Shown: piece by piece, positions 47,266 to 56,240 of the stretch
Layout: each line of letters starts with the position of its first letter
Position numbering within the stretch: the first letter of the stretch is position 1
Source: a virus
DNA length: 64,000 bases
IMG/VR virus record: IMGVR_UViG_3300048912_000204
Strand: one strand, 5' to 3'
Program-made: the position numbers and the translations under genes
Notes under the pieces: model-generated
Database searches by the model: none
What the model saw: only the letters and a program-made list of their open reading frames with translations
What the model was told of the DNA's origin: nothing

Positions 47266-47275
47266 TGCTGCAAGG

Positions 47276-47497
47276 TCAGGAAGCGGGGTTCCGCTTCGCC
47301 AGCCGCTCGCGGACCGCCTTCTTCACCATGTCCGTGCGGCCCCGGCGCTGACGGGCCTCCTGCTCCCGGGCGAACGCCGCACGCTCCTCGGCGGTCACCG
47401 CCACCGGGATCACCTGCATCTGCATGCGCTCCTGGACCTGGGCGATGTGCTCGTCCAGCCCTGCCTGGTCGTTGTCGTTGCTCTCGGGACCGCTCAT
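47276..47497 (-). CDS. Small hypothetical protein (73 aa)
   Basis: GGAG RBS; directly follows the 1697-aa gene. Confidence 0.55.
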   Translation of the reverse strand: MSGPESNDNDQAGLDEHIAQVQERMQMQVIPVAVTAEERAAFAREQEARQRRGRTDMVKKAVRERLAKRNPAS

Positions 47498-47548
47498 GAA
47501 CCGTCTCCTAGTAGTTCCTGCCAGTGTAGAACCGCTTGCCTGTTCGGA

Positions 47549-50500
47549 CTAATCCCATTCGTCGGTGGGGACGATCTCCACGACGATGTAGCGCTTGCCG
47601 CTGTACGGCTTGGTTCCGTCCGGCGGGGACGCCTGGTCCGAGACCACCCGGTACTTGGTGCCGCGCGGCAGCAGGATCTCCTGCTCGTGGGAGAACTTGG
47701 ATCCCGTCGCGTAGTTGGCGTCGATGACCTTGTGCCCCTTGGGGATGCGGACTTCCATCCACACGTTGCCGCTGAAGGCGTTCTTGTCCTTGGCCGTCGA
47801 ACCGTACGCCAGGTCCTGGTAGACGTTGCCGGGGTCCATCGGCGGCGGGAAGTCCGGGAACTGGCCGTTGGTGCCCATCTTGCGGACCGTGACGAGGTCG
47901 TGGGCCAGCGGCGGCGCCTGCCGGAACGCGTCGTCCATGTGCTTGATGGTGTCGTCCCAGTCACCGCCCGTGGCCCCGACCGGCGGCGTGATCATGGTGC
48001 CGTCGTAGTCGAAGTGGCCGCGAAGCTGACCGTTGATCTCCGAGTGCTCGTGACCCGTGTACGTGTACACGGCGGACGACGCCTTGCCCTTGGGCTTCCA
48101 GCCGTTGCCGATGTCCACACCGTTGGTCGCGGCCGTGTACCCGGCGGCGTGTGCCCCGGCGAACTGCGTCTTGGTGTGCGCCAGGACCGCGTCTTCGTCG
48201 CCCGCCTCGGCGGCCGTCATCCCCTTGGGGACCGCCTTGGCCGGGTCGAAGGACGCCGGATCGAACGGCGAGCTGTAGTGCGCGTCCCAGTCCTTCTTCG
48301 CCTGCTTGTACAGGGCGATCTGCGCCGGGGTCGCGTTCGGGCCGTGGGCCTGGTCGTACAGCTTCTTCAGCAGTACCGCGTTCGCCTTCTTGGTGATACC
48401 CAGGCCGGTGTACTTGACCTCCGGAGCCGTCACCACGTCGGGCGAAAGACCCTGGCTCTTGAGGTACGTCTTCGGCGAGTTCTGGGCCTGCGCGATGTCC
48501 AGCGTGGACGCGCCCGCCTTCTCGGCGGCTTCCTTGAGGTCGATGGACTTGTCATAGTCCCAGTGGTCACTGTTCTGCGGCAGGTTGTGCTCGGCCAGGG
48601 CCTTGAGCGCCGCCTGCTTGGCGGAGAGCGAACCGGTACCGGACGGTGCCGCCGCAGCCGCAGCCGTCGCCGGGTTGTTCTGCTTGTCCAGTTCGGCCTG
48701 GGCCTCGGTGTTCCAGTGCTTGTTGATGACGCCCTGCTTGAAGTCAGCGAACGCCTGCGGGTTCTCGTTCTTCCACTTGGCGAACTCCTCCTTCGTGAAG
48801 TTCTTGCCGCCGTAGTTCTTGGCCATCCACTCGGCGGCGAGCTTGGCCTCCTTCTGCGTCTTGAACTTGTGCGAGCCCATCTTCATGCCGTCGGCCTGCG
48901 TCACCGACCAGCCGGAGCCACCGAGGGCCTTGTGGACCACGAGGTTCTTGGGACCGGCCACGCCCTGGGACATGTGCGTGTTGCCGTCGGCGTCCTTGAC
49001 CCCGTGCTCCACCTTGGACCACTTGGCCTTCGGCTTGAACGGGTCCGTCTTCGGGCCGGACGGGGCCGCCGGAGCCGACGCGTCCGCCTCAGGGGCCTTC
49101 TTCTCCGCCGGAGCAGCCGCGCTCTCCTTGGCCTTCAGCGCCTTCAGCGTCTCGTCCGACTTGTAGTACGCCGCGTGGATCTCGTCGGGGGTGGCCCCGG
49201 CGTTGATGGCGGCGTTCTCCAGCTTCTCGGACGTCTGGTGGTTCCAGTCGGCGGTGTTGTCGTCGTGCTCGTGCGCGGCGAGCGCCTTGAGCGCCTTCTC
49301 CTTCTCCGACAGGCCCTGGGGCGCCGGAGTAGGTGCAGAGGACTTGGAGACCTTGTCCAGGAACGCCTTCGGGTTCTGGATGGCGGCGATGACTTCCTTG
49401 GGGTCCGCGCCCAGGTCGATGGCCTTCTGCTTCAGGGTCGTGTATTCGCCGGGCTCCCACTCTTCCCCGGAGGCCATCTTCTCGGCCATGGTCTTGATCA
49501 CGGCGTCCTTCGCCGACAGACCGGAGTCCTTCGCAGAAGGCGACGGGGCCGAGGGGCTGTTGGCGAGGAAGGCGTCCGGGTCCTTGACCACGGAGGTGAT
49601 TTCCGCCTTCGTGGCGCCCGCCGCGAGAGCCTTCGACTTTGCGACCTTGTAGTCGGTCTCGTTCCAGTCGTTGTCATCGATCTTCATCATCTCGGCGATG
49701 GCCTTGAGCGCGGCGTCCTTCTCCGCCGAACCGCCGGAACCGGCCTCCGGGGCATCGGCAGCCTTGGCCGCCTTCTGCGCCGGAGCAGCGCCCTGCTTGC
49801 CCTTGTCGGGCAGGTCGTCGTAGAGCTTCTGGAAGTCCTTGCCCAGGCTGTTCTTGTGGGCAACGATCTTGTCGAGGAACTTCTCCTCGGTGTCGACGCC
49901 GCCCGGGAACTTGTGGCCGCTCGCGAGGGCCTGCTTGGCGTACGGGGCGAAGAGCCGCTTGAACTCCTCGTCCGGCATGTCCTGGATTGCCTTGATCGTT
50001 TTGGCGAACTCGTTGTCCCCGGACGGGTCCGGGAGCTGGATCTTGCCTTCCTTGGCAGCCTGCCACAGGGCGGGGTACACGGCCGAGTGCGCGTTCGGGC
50101 CGTACGTGGTCAGCGGGTCGCCCTTGGACTTGCCGCCGTCGCCCTTGTACGGGTCGCCGTTGGAGGCGCCCACGGTGTACTTGAACGCCTGGCCCTGGTC
50201 GATCGACATGAGGCCGGTCGACGGGGACTTGATCCACTGGCCGTTGTGGGAGTCCTGGTTGCCGGTGGCGTAGTCCAGCACCTGGTGCTGGAGCATCTTC
50301 ATGATGTCCTCGGGGGGCATCTTCGCGGCCATGTCGGCGTTGAACTTGTAGCCCGGGAACGCGTCCTCGGCGCCGGGGATCATGCCCTGGAGGTGACCGT
50401 CCTTGGTCTTCACGAACACCGGGGTCGGCAGGCCGACCTTGCGGTGCAGCGCGGCGACGGCGGGGTCAAGGCTGCGGGAGTACTCGTCCGTCTTCGCCAG

Positions 50501-52642
50501 CCACAGGTTCCCGTCCTCGTCCTTCATCAGCTTGCTGCCGTGGGAACCGAGCGTCTTGCCGGTGTACGTCAGCTTGCCGACCGGCTTGAGAACCTTGCCG
50601 TCGTCGGCCGCGTCGACCTTCTTGACCGGAGCGGACGGAGCCTCGGCGGCCTTCTTGGTCGCGGCGGCGTCGGCCGCGTCACCGTGGTGCTGGACCAGGT
50701 TCTTGAACTTGTTGACGGCCCAGTCCTTGGGCTCGTCCTTGTCCTGCTCCGCCTTGAGGGCCTTCGCAGCCGCCTGACCGGCCGCCTGGTGGTCCTTGTG
50801 GTCCCCGGTGATCTCGGCGATGGACGACAGCGCGTTCGCCTTCATGGCGGGGCTGTCCGCCTTGTCGGCGAGTTCCGCGACCTTCTTGTAGTTCTCGATC
50901 GCCTTGTCTTTGTCCCCGGCCGTCAGGGCGTCGTCAGCGGCGTTGAACGCCTGCCCGGCCTGCTGGAGCGCCTGCGACTTCTCCGACTCGGCCTTGGCGG
51001 CAGCAGTGGCCTGCTCGCCGTGCTGGGTCGCCTTGGCCATGTGGCCCTGGGCGGCCTCCTTGTGGTCCGCCGCCAGGCCCTGGAAGCCCGCGTCCAAGGC
51101 GGCCTTCTCCGCGTTGGAGTGCAGCAGGGCCGCTTCCAGGTGCTTGGCGTTCAGCGTGTCGTCGCTGGCCTTGGCGTAGGTCGCCTCGTGCACCTCGGAC
51201 GTCTTGGCGTGCGCCTTCTTGCCGTGGGCGTCGTACGCCTGCATCTTCGCGAGCGCTTCGGCGTTCTTCTTGTCGACCTCGGCGGCCTTGGCCTTGTACG
51301 AGGCGGCGTTCGCCTTGTGGTCCTCGGCCTCGTCGTGCAGACCGGCGGCCTTCGCAGCCTGGTGCGCCTTCTCGTACTTGGCGGCGGCGTCCTTGAACGC
51401 GGTCGACGCCGAACCCGAGTCCCCCAGCGCGTGGCCCTTGTTGGCGGCCTCGTCGGCGGCCTTGGCGTGCTTGGCGATCTCGGCCTGGGCCGCCTTCTGC
51501 TTGGCCTCGTGCTCGTCGTGCTGCTTCTGGAGCCCGGCCGCGATCTCCGCGTGCTTGGCCTCGTGCTGCTTGTGCTCGTTGACGGACTCGTCGTTGCCGA
51601 TCTGCCCGTGCGCGTTCGCAGCCTGCCCGTGCGCCTGGGCGGCCTGGTTGTGCGCGTGCGCCTGCGCGGCCAGCGGGGTGTCACCCTCCTCGCTGGCAAT
51701 CGACGCGCTCTTGGACTTCTTGTAGGCGCCGTCCGACATGGTGGCGGCGGCCTTGTCCAGTGAGTCGTGCGTCTTCTGCTGGTTCTCGGCGATCTTCTCG
51801 TGCTTGGCCACCGCTCCCGCGTGGGCCTCGCCGACGAACTTGTTCCCGGCCTCCTCGTTGGCGTGCTGCGCGTTCAGGTGCGCGGCAGCAGCCTTCGTGT
51901 GCAGCTCGGCGGCCTGCTTCGGCGTGTGGTTGCCGCCCTTGATCGAGGCGGTGAGTTCGTTCGCCTCGGCCGTGAGCTTGGTCGCCTTGGCCTTGGCGTC
52001 CGCCAGCTTCTTGGCCGCCGCAGCCTTCTCGGCCTCCAGCGCCTTGGCCGCGTCCTCCTTCGCACCCTGCTCCAGCTTCGTCGCCTTCGAGGCGTGGATC
52101 GCGGAGTGCGCGGAGTGCGTGAGGACACCCGACTTCAGGCCGTCCTTGCCCATGCCCTGGAAGTGGTGGGCGGCGTCGGCGTGCTGAGTCGCCGCGACCT
52201 TGTGGGCCGCCGCCAGAACGGCCTTGGAAGCGCCGGACTCTTCGAGCTTGTGCACCATGTTGGTGGCGCGCTCGGCCTTCTGGACGGCTGCCTTCGCCGC
52301 TTCCTGCTTGGCCGCGACACCCGCCGCGCCCTTCTTGACCTCGGCCTCCCAGTCCGCCTTGGAGGCGTACCGGTTGACGGCCTTGAAGGAGATCTTGCCG
52401 TCGGCGCCCTTGACGAAGTGGCCGGTGGTGTGACCGCCGGAGATGTGGCCGTGCTGACGGGCGAGACCGCCGCCGGACAGACCACGGGAGGGGATCAGGG
52501 GGTTGATCAAGATCCATCCGTGGCGGTATCTAAATGCAAGGGCGCCAGCGGGATTTTTCGAGAAATCTAAGGTGTGAGCGTCAACAACCCTCACATTCTT
52601 AGGTAACACCCCGACGAACGCTAACTCATATTCCACGTTCAC
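47549..52642 (-). CDS. 1697-aa multidomain head-associated protein: Ala/Lys/His-rich stalk, PI3/4-kinase/HipA-like kinase domain, helical repeats, C-terminal VIP2-like ADP-ribosyltransferase
   Basis: Kinase: WLAK...DYATGNQDSHNGQW...IDQG (about 49800-50560). ART: TVRK, YGSTA, HEQEILLPRG (about 47550-48070). Confidence 0.75.
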   Translation of the reverse strand: MNVEYELAFVGVLPKNVRVVDAHTLDFSKNPAGALAFRYRHGWILINPLIPSRGLSGGGLARQHGHISGGHTTGHFVKGADGKISFKAVNRYASKADWEAEVKKGAAGVAAKQEAAKAAVQKAERATNMVHKLEESGASKAVLAAAHKVAATQHADAAHHFQGMGKDGLKSGVLTHSAHSAIHASKATKLEQGAKEDAAKALEAEKAAAAKKLADAKAKATKLTAEANELTASIKGGNHTPKQAAELHTKAAAAHLNAQHANEEAGNKFVGEAHAGAVAKHEKIAENQQKTHDSLDKAAATMSDGAYKKSKSASIASEEGDTPLAAQAHAHNQAAQAHGQAANAHGQIGNDESVNEHKQHEAKHAEIAAGLQKQHDEHEAKQKAAQAEIAKHAKAADEAANKGHALGDSGSASTAFKDAAAKYEKAHQAAKAAGLHDEAEDHKANAASYKAKAAEVDKKNAEALAKMQAYDAHGKKAHAKTSEVHEATYAKASDDTLNAKHLEAALLHSNAEKAALDAGFQGLAADHKEAAQGHMAKATQHGEQATAAAKAESEKSQALQQAGQAFNAADDALTAGDKDKAIENYKKVAELADKADSPAMKANALSSIAEITGDHKDHQAAGQAAAKALKAEQDKDEPKDWAVNKFKNLVQHHGDAADAAATKKAAEAPSAPVKKVDAADDGKVLKPVGKLTYTGKTLGSHGSKLMKDEDGNLWLAKTDEYSRSLDPAVAALHRKVGLPTPVFVKTKDGHLQGMIPGAEDAFPGYKFNADMAAKMPPEDIMKMLQHQVLDYATGNQDSHNGQWIKSPSTGLMSIDQGQAFKYTVGASNGDPYKGDGGKSKGDPLTTYGPNAHSAVYPALWQAAKEGKIQLPDPSGDNEFAKTIKAIQDMPDEEFKRLFAPYAKQALASGHKFPGGVDTEEKFLDKIVAHKNSLGKDFQKLYDDLPDKGKQGAAPAQKAAKAADAPEAGSGGSAEKDAALKAIAEMMKIDDNDWNETDYKVAKSKALAAGATKAEITSVVKDPDAFLANSPSAPSPSAKDSGLSAKDAVIKTMAEKMASGEEWEPGEYTTLKQKAIDLGADPKEVIAAIQNPKAFLDKVSKSSAPTPAPQGLSEKEKALKALAAHEHDDNTADWNHQTSEKLENAAINAGATPDEIHAAYYKSDETLKALKAKESAAAPAEKKAPEADASAPAAPSGPKTDPFKPKAKWSKVEHGVKDADGNTHMSQGVAGPKNLVVHKALGGSGWSVTQADGMKMGSHKFKTQKEAKLAAEWMAKNYGGKNFTKEEFAKWKNENPQAFADFKQGVINKHWNTEAQAELDKQNNPATAAAAAAPSGTGSLSAKQAALKALAEHNLPQNSDHWDYDKSIDLKEAAEKAGASTLDIAQAQNSPKTYLKSQGLSPDVVTAPEVKYTGLGITKKANAVLLKKLYDQAHGPNATPAQIALYKQAKKDWDAHYSSPFDPASFDPAKAVPKGMTAAEAGDEDAVLAHTKTQFAGAHAAGYTAATNGVDIGNGWKPKGKASSAVYTYTGHEHSEINGQLRGHFDYDGTMITPPVGATGGDWDDTIKHMDDAFRQAPPLAHDLVTVRKMGTNGQFPDFPPPMDPGNVYQDLAYGSTAKDKNAFSGNVWMEVRIPKGHKVIDANYATGSKFSHEQEILLPRGTKYRVVSDQASPPDGTKPYSGKRYIVVEIVPTDEWD

Positions 52643-52658
52643 AAGCGGTTCGCTCCTT

Positions 52659-53174
52659 TCAGCGTGCCGTCTTCGAGCGGTAGTAAGAGCGGTCCGCTGT
52701 CCGCTTTGCTTCCAGTTCCTCGGGCGTCCAGGACGCCCGACGTGCGGCTGCCTTGTCCCTCATGCAGGCCAGGCAGTAGCGCCGGTTCTTCTTGTCCCGA
52801 CGCGTGTTCTCCGGGGTGTACTCGTGCTGTTGAGGGCAGTGAGTCTTTCGACCGTTCCCGTTCTGGGTGCCCCGTGCTGCGTGCATGCGACGCTTGTTCT
52901 CTTCTGGTGTCACCCATTCGAGGCAGTCCGGATTTACACAGTTGCGGACCCTGCACAGGTGATCCGGCTCCAGCCCTTCCGGGCAAGGACCGACCAGCAG
53001 TTCCCAGACCAGCCGGTGAACCCGCCAAATCTTCAGCTTCCACGTCACCACGGCGTAGCCCGATTTGCTGGTATCTCCTGTCCAGCGCCAGCAGATCCCA
53101 TCGGGTTCTACTCGCGCCCACAGTCGTTCCTCGCGCTGAGCATCCGTCACCATCATGAGATAAGTATACCTCAT
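52659..53174 (-). mobile_element. HNH homing endonuclease
   Basis: CWRW...GYA...VHRLVWE...DHLCRVRNCVNPDCLEWVTPEEN, then KTHCPQQHEY...YCLAC. Confidence 0.88.
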
Positions 53175-53195
53175 GATGATAGCGGAAAGCGCAGG

Positions 53196-55088
53196 TCAGA
53201 GGCACTTTTTGCCCTTCTGACGCCGCTTCTTCTGCGCCTTGATCGCCGCATCCGCCAGGTAGCGCTTCGGATACTTCGTGGTCAGGCTGTTGACTGTGAG
53301 CCGTGCCCCGTCCTGGGAACTCCCGGTGGGTACGGTGACCTGCTCCGATGCCATGGGCTGGGACAGGTTGACGTTGTTGCGGAGGTTGTCCTTGATCTCT
53401 TCCTGCTGGGCCTCGTAGTGGTCCAGCAGCCGGACCTGGGTCGGGGTTAGCGGCCGACCGGCCTTCTTGTCCGCGAGGGCCTGACGGGTGGCGTCGGAGA
53501 TCAGCTTCTGCTTGGCCTTGGCCTTCGCCGCCTTCTCCTTCGCCGCCTGCTTCTGCGCCCGGAGCTTGGCCACCTCCGCCTTCTTCTTGGCCATCTCCTT
53601 GGCGTGCGCGGCCTTCTTGGCGGCAGCCGCCTTGGCCCGCGCCGCCCGCTTGGCCTCGGCCTCGTGGTGCTTCTTGGCGGAAGCGGCCTTCTTCGATGCC
53701 TTCTTGGCGTCGGCGGTGGCCTTGTTCTTGTACGCCTGGGCGATGGCCGCCTTGGTGGCGTCGGTGTGACCGGTCATGTCCTTGATCTCCTGCGCAGACT
53801 TGTCTTTCTGCGAGGGACCGACGGGGTTGCCGTTCTTGTCGACGGGGACCCAGTTGTGTTTCCAGCCGACGGCGCCCGGGGGGAGCTGGTGCTTGCCGTG
53901 CGGGTTGTCCTTCGGCTTCTTGTCCTTGGCCTTCGGCTTGTGCGCCTTCTCCGGCCGGGGGCCGGAGGATCCCGCGATATCCGCCGGGACGGCCAGGTCG
54001 ATCGCAGAGGAGCCGTCCAGGACGGCTCGCAGGAACGTCATCGGCTGGGACAACGTCACCTCCTCCCCCGGGTCGGATGCTGCGTGGGTAACGGTGACCA
54101 CGGGGAACTCTCCTTCGTGTGAGACGTGTGTGACGTGCAGGCGGGTGCCGCGCGGCAGGACGGTTTCGTCTCCCCGGACGGGGATGATCGGGGCGCCCTT
54201 GCGGCCTTGGATGCGGAAGAGAACCTTTTTGCCGGTCTCGTGTCCGCGTTCGTGCATGTAGTACTCCGCCACGTCCCGGGAGAACGCGGCGGATCCGTAG
54301 CCCTTGTCGTGCAGGACGGAGCCGGGCGTGAGCGCGGCGATCTGGTCGTCGGTGAGGGAGGCCCCGCGCCACAGGTCGGCGTCCCGGCTCAGGGACGCCT
54401 TGGCGGCCACCGAGTCGAGTCCCTTGTTACGGGCCTCCTCCTCGGCGTCCAGGGCTTCCCCGTTGCGCAGCTTGCGGTTGATCCGCAGCGTGTCCTTGTC
54501 GAAGGCCACGTAGTCGTTGACGGCCGCGTGGTCACTCTTGCCCAGAACGGCTTCCCGCAGATGGGTGTTGCCGCCCGGCAGGGAGTCTGTGTCGGCGTCC
54601 GATACGGCCTTGCCGTGCACGGCGACGTTGGCCCAACTGCCCTTGTGGTCAACGGTCGGGTAGGGGCGGTCTTCGCCCTCTTCCTCTTCGGCCATGGCCA
54701 GCAGAGCCTTCATGGCGTCCATGGCCGACCACTTGCCGTCCGGGGTGCGGGGCTCGTCGGGGTTGAAGTTCGCCAGCTTGACCGTACGGCCCTTGTTCGG
54801 TGTCGCGTGGGCCCTGGCCTTGGAGGCTTCCCAGTCGGCCAGGGCGGCGGATGCGGCAGCGCGTACTTCGGGGCGGACGTTGCCGCGCCCGGAGGCCCAG
54901 TTTTTGATGGTGCCGAGGGCCGTGGCGATGGCCCGGGACTTGTCCATGCCCCGCTTGGTCATCAGGCTGTGCGCGATGTTTTGCACGTACGGCGGAAGGC
55001 TCAGGGAGCGGTCCCCGAAGAGACCGGGTCCTCCCGGCTTCCCGAGCGGGTGCGGTGTGACCGCTAACGCCGCTGTCTCGGCACTCAT
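53196..55088 (-). CDS. 630-aa head-associated protein with VIP2-like ADP-ribosyltransferase domain
   Basis: INRKLR...LWRG...GYGSAA...GDETVLPRGTRL (about 54120-54540); FNPDEPRTPDGKW and GWKHNWVPV motifs; Lys/Ala-rich C-terminus. Confidence 0.75.
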   Translation of the reverse strand: MSAETAALAVTPHPLGKPGGPGLFGDRSLSLPPYVQNIAHSLMTKRGMDKSRAIATALGTIKNWASGRGNVRPEVRAAASAALADWEASKARAHATPNKGRTVKLANFNPDEPRTPDGKWSAMDAMKALLAMAEEEEGEDRPYPTVDHKGSWANVAVHGKAVSDADTDSLPGGNTHLREAVLGKSDHAAVNDYVAFDKDTLRINRKLRNGEALDAEEEARNKGLDSVAAKASLSRDADLWRGASLTDDQIAALTPGSVLHDKGYGSAAFSRDVAEYYMHERGHETGKKVLFRIQGRKGAPIIPVRGDETVLPRGTRLHVTHVSHEGEFPVVTVTHAASDPGEEVTLSQPMTFLRAVLDGSSAIDLAVPADIAGSSGPRPEKAHKPKAKDKKPKDNPHGKHQLPPGAVGWKHNWVPVDKNGNPVGPSQKDKSAQEIKDMTGHTDATKAAIAQAYKNKATADAKKASKKAASAKKHHEAEAKRAARAKAAAAKKAAHAKEMAKKKAEVAKLRAQKQAAKEKAAKAKAKQKLISDATRQALADKKAGRPLTPTQVRLLDHYEAQQEEIKDNLRNNVNLSQPMASEQVTVPTGSSQDGARLTVNSLTTKYPKRYLADAAIKAQKKRRQKGKKCL

Positions 55089-55115
55089 TCTGTCTACCTC
55101 GCCGTGCCGGTCAGG

Positions 55116-55439
55116 TCAGTGGAATGCGGCGATCTTGATGGTCGCCACGGACGCGGTGACCTTGACGGTGTCTCCGGTGACGGAGTACGGGAAGTCCGCC
55201 GGGGCCAGGAGGTAGAACGTGCTCGCGGAGAGCGTGTAGACCTTGTCGGGCACGACCAGGCCGGTCGGCATGGTCACGTTGGACTTGACGGTGAGCGTGC
55301 CCCCGGCGGTGCCGCCATCGACGTACAGCCAGGTCTGGCCGTCGTTCTGGAAGGTGTTGCCGGTGATGTCGGCGACGGCGGTGGCGATGGTCGCCAGGCC
55401 GACGGCCGAAGCAGAAACGACGTTTAACGCAGTAGCCAT
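55116..55439 (-). CDS. Small beta-rich virion structural protein (107 aa)
   Basis: Thr/Val/Ala-rich, head module position, GGGAG RBS. Confidence 0.6.
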   Translation of the reverse strand: MATALNVVSASAVGLATIATAVADITGNTFQNDGQTWLYVDGGTAGGTLTVKSNVTMPTGLVVPDKVYTLSASTFYLLAPADFPYSVTGDTVKVTASVATIKIAAFH

Positions 55440-55531
55440 TAGGGGTCTCCCTCACGCGAGTTTTCAGGCAGGCATGCCGGATACCAAACTACCCGTTTAT
55501 CCGTCAATAAGGGAGGCTAGTACACGTCGAG

Positions 55532-56152
55532 CTATTTCCTTCTCAGATGTTCCGGAAGGGCCGTCACCACTGGTTTTCCTTCGTAGGCGGGAAGGGGGTA
55601 GCAGCGGCAGCGCGGGTGTCTTCCTCCGGGGTGCAGTCCTTCCGGGGGTGTGCTCGCGGAGTAGTTCTTTCCGATAAGCCACCGACAGTCGGGGGTGGTG
55701 TTGTCGTCCAGAATTCCGCCCCAGCCGAGAGTGTCGCTGGATGTGGTGGTCTGCATGTTCACGGAGCCCTTGGCGGCGGCTATCCGGCGGGCGCACGCCT
55801 GTTGGTGCTGGGCGAACAGAGCCTTCTCCCGGGCGAGGGCTTTGCCCAGGTCAGGGGCGTCTGCGAGGCGTCGGACGGCTGCGGCGAGGTAGGCGGCCCG
55901 GTAGCGCATGTTCTCCCGGCGGGCTGCGGCGACGGGGTCCGTGCCTTTTGCGAGGGCCTTCTTACCGGGCTTGTACTTCATCGCGGCGAGGATCCCGAGG
56001 ACGAGCTTTTTCGGGGTTTTCAGCACAGCGGAAATAGCCTGTATTGCGGCGATGAGAGGAGGTCCCGCCAATAACACGGCGAGAACAGCCGCGATCTCGG
56101 CATCGTGCTGAGAAGGGGCCTTTTGGGCTATTTGCTGGTCTTGCTCGTCCAT
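55532..56152 (-). CDS. MuF-like minor head protein
   Basis: WGGILDDNTTPDC...HPGGRHPRCRC motif; follows the portal. Confidence 0.82.
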   Translation of the reverse strand: MDEQDQQIAQKAPSQHDAEIAAVLAVLLAGPPLIAAIQAISAVLKTPKKLVLGILAAMKYKPGKKALAKGTDPVAAARRENMRYRAAYLAAAVRRLADAPDLGKALAREKALFAQHQQACARRIAAAKGSVNMQTTTSSDTLGWGGILDDNTTPDCRWLIGKNYSASTPPEGLHPGGRHPRCRCYPLPAYEGKPVVTALPEHLRRK

Positions 56153-56240
56153 GCGCTCTCCCGGTAACATCCGTTTCGGGTGGTTGGGTGATCGAACCCC
56201 CGCTAGTCGAAGCACTGCTCCTAGCGGGGGTTCGGTTTTT

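Noticed and set aside
56194-56240. Hairpin between portal and MuF as a late-operon terminator
   Set aside because: Its U-tract is on the plus strand, opposite to the operon, so its role on the minus strand is unsupported.
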